A DNA stretch of 64,000 bases from Octopus sinensis (taxonomy: Eukaryota), in contig NC_042998.1 in assembly GCF_006345805.1 (NCBI RefSeq), forward strand, positions 91,388,001 through 91,452,000, read 5' to 3'. Under the pieces are notes generated by a model. That model was given only the letters and a program-made list of their open reading frames with translations. It had not been told where the DNA came from and did no database searches. Positions within the stretch are counted from its first letter, which is position 1; each line of letters starts with the position of its first letter. Positions 1 to 64,000 of this stretch are shown piece after piece. A program made the translations under genes and the position numbers.

Positions 1-319
1 TTGGTTGATTGCAACATTTTTTGGAATGTTGATCATAATCTAATTAGTTACAAGTTAATGGAATAAGCCATCTCAGAAAACTGGGAATTTTGTTCTGATG
101 TTAAAAAATACTTAGAAATATACTCATCCTCTGATGCTTCTTTCTTTTCTCATTAACAATCAAGCAACATTTTAAAATCTATAATATATCATCTGTTTTG
201 AAAACTGTTCAAAAGAAAGATAAGTAAAAAAGAAAAAGGTAGCAATGAACCTAAGGCTTTGTTCTCTATCTCTCTCTCTCTCTCTCTGTATATATATATA
301 TATAATATATATATATATA

Positions 320-490
320 GGGAGAATTTACAAAATAACAAAAGACGAAGACAGATGGTGTGGACAACAAACAGATGTATTAGTATAACGCTCGGGAAGT
401 GAAAAAGTCTTTAACGTTTCGAGCCTACACTCTTCCACAGAAAGAAACAAGGAGAGAAAATAAAGAATGTGTAGTGGCTAGTGATTTGTG
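320..490 (-). mobile_element. Short microsatellite-flanked repeat, probable Penelope-like terminal remnant
   Basis: A second copy in opposite orientation at 53210-53292. Minus strand has GGAAGAG-tgtagg-CTCGAAACG, resembling a degenerate hammerhead; adjacent to (CT)n(TA)n. Confidence 0.45.
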
Positions 491-554
491 TATAATTAGA
501 TTAGTGCTAATTTATTTTTAGAAATTTATGGAAATATATCTTTTTAATTTTCAG

Positions 555-63373
<62,819 letters not shown>

Positions 63374-64000
63374 GTTTGAATTTTTACATAAGGCTCTCTA
63401 ACTGATACAGTTAACAATATCAGTTAGTTTTAAACACTGTGTCTAATATATTTTGTGCAATGACCTATAACACAATAACACAAATACTCTTGGGTTTTAA
63501 CCAAACATTTTTGACAACTAATAAAATAAATATTGATACTTATGATAATGTTACTGCAAATTTTGAATAGTGTAGTTTACCTTTTTATTCCTGTATCCTC
63601 AAAGTCCTTTTTCTATTTTTTTTCATGAATACAAATAGATGAGTGTCATTTTGTATTCTCAAAGCATCAAAATAATACCCAACTCAAAGATCTTGTTTTG
63701 AGCATACAAAATCCTCTTTTGGTGACCTCATATAATAAATGTAATTAAGGATTCATGTAGAATTGCTTTTCCTTCCAGAGCAAAATATTTTGCATCACTA
63801 AACAATATTAAATTCTCTGTAAATATCACCCTTATATTTAGTGTTAACAATGGTGCAAAGCTTTCATCGCAGTCTGACATTTGGTTAATTTATATACCGT
63901 TTCTTCACATGCATCAGCCAAAATTGGTATCATGACATTGTATAGTAAAATTCATTATGTTTGCTTATATGCATTTTGTTGTATCCACCATGTTATTCTT

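Overview
AT-rich, intron-rich eukaryotic genomic DNA. The SINE and microsatellite content looks like an octopus-type cephalopod; this is an inference and was not verified. The whole window lies inside one + strand gene, a sallimus (sls)/titin-like muscle protein of zormin+kettin architecture. I traced 45 in-frame exons by eye (AG/GT borders, phases consistent): about 15 helical spectrin-like exons, then 13 Ig I-set domains with Pro-rich linkers, then frame-symmetric phase 2-2 cassette exons. The gene starts before and ends after the window. Introns hold tRNA-derived SINEs, LINE relics, MITEs, a Helitron relic and large (TA)n tracts. Two things stand out. (1) Intron 9 holds two head-to-head fold-back (palindromic) Penelope-like elements embedded in microsatellites: an old one with GIY-YIG endonuclease ORFs (9271-10765) and a nearly perfect young one carrying a complete minimal hammerhead ribozyme motif in each arm (12064-13770). 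A third small fold-back of the same design lies at 35657-35980. (2) Three paralogous small exons (YE.Q..G.VQQI.YA.E) are each followed by a related intronic motif, and one of them is out of phase.
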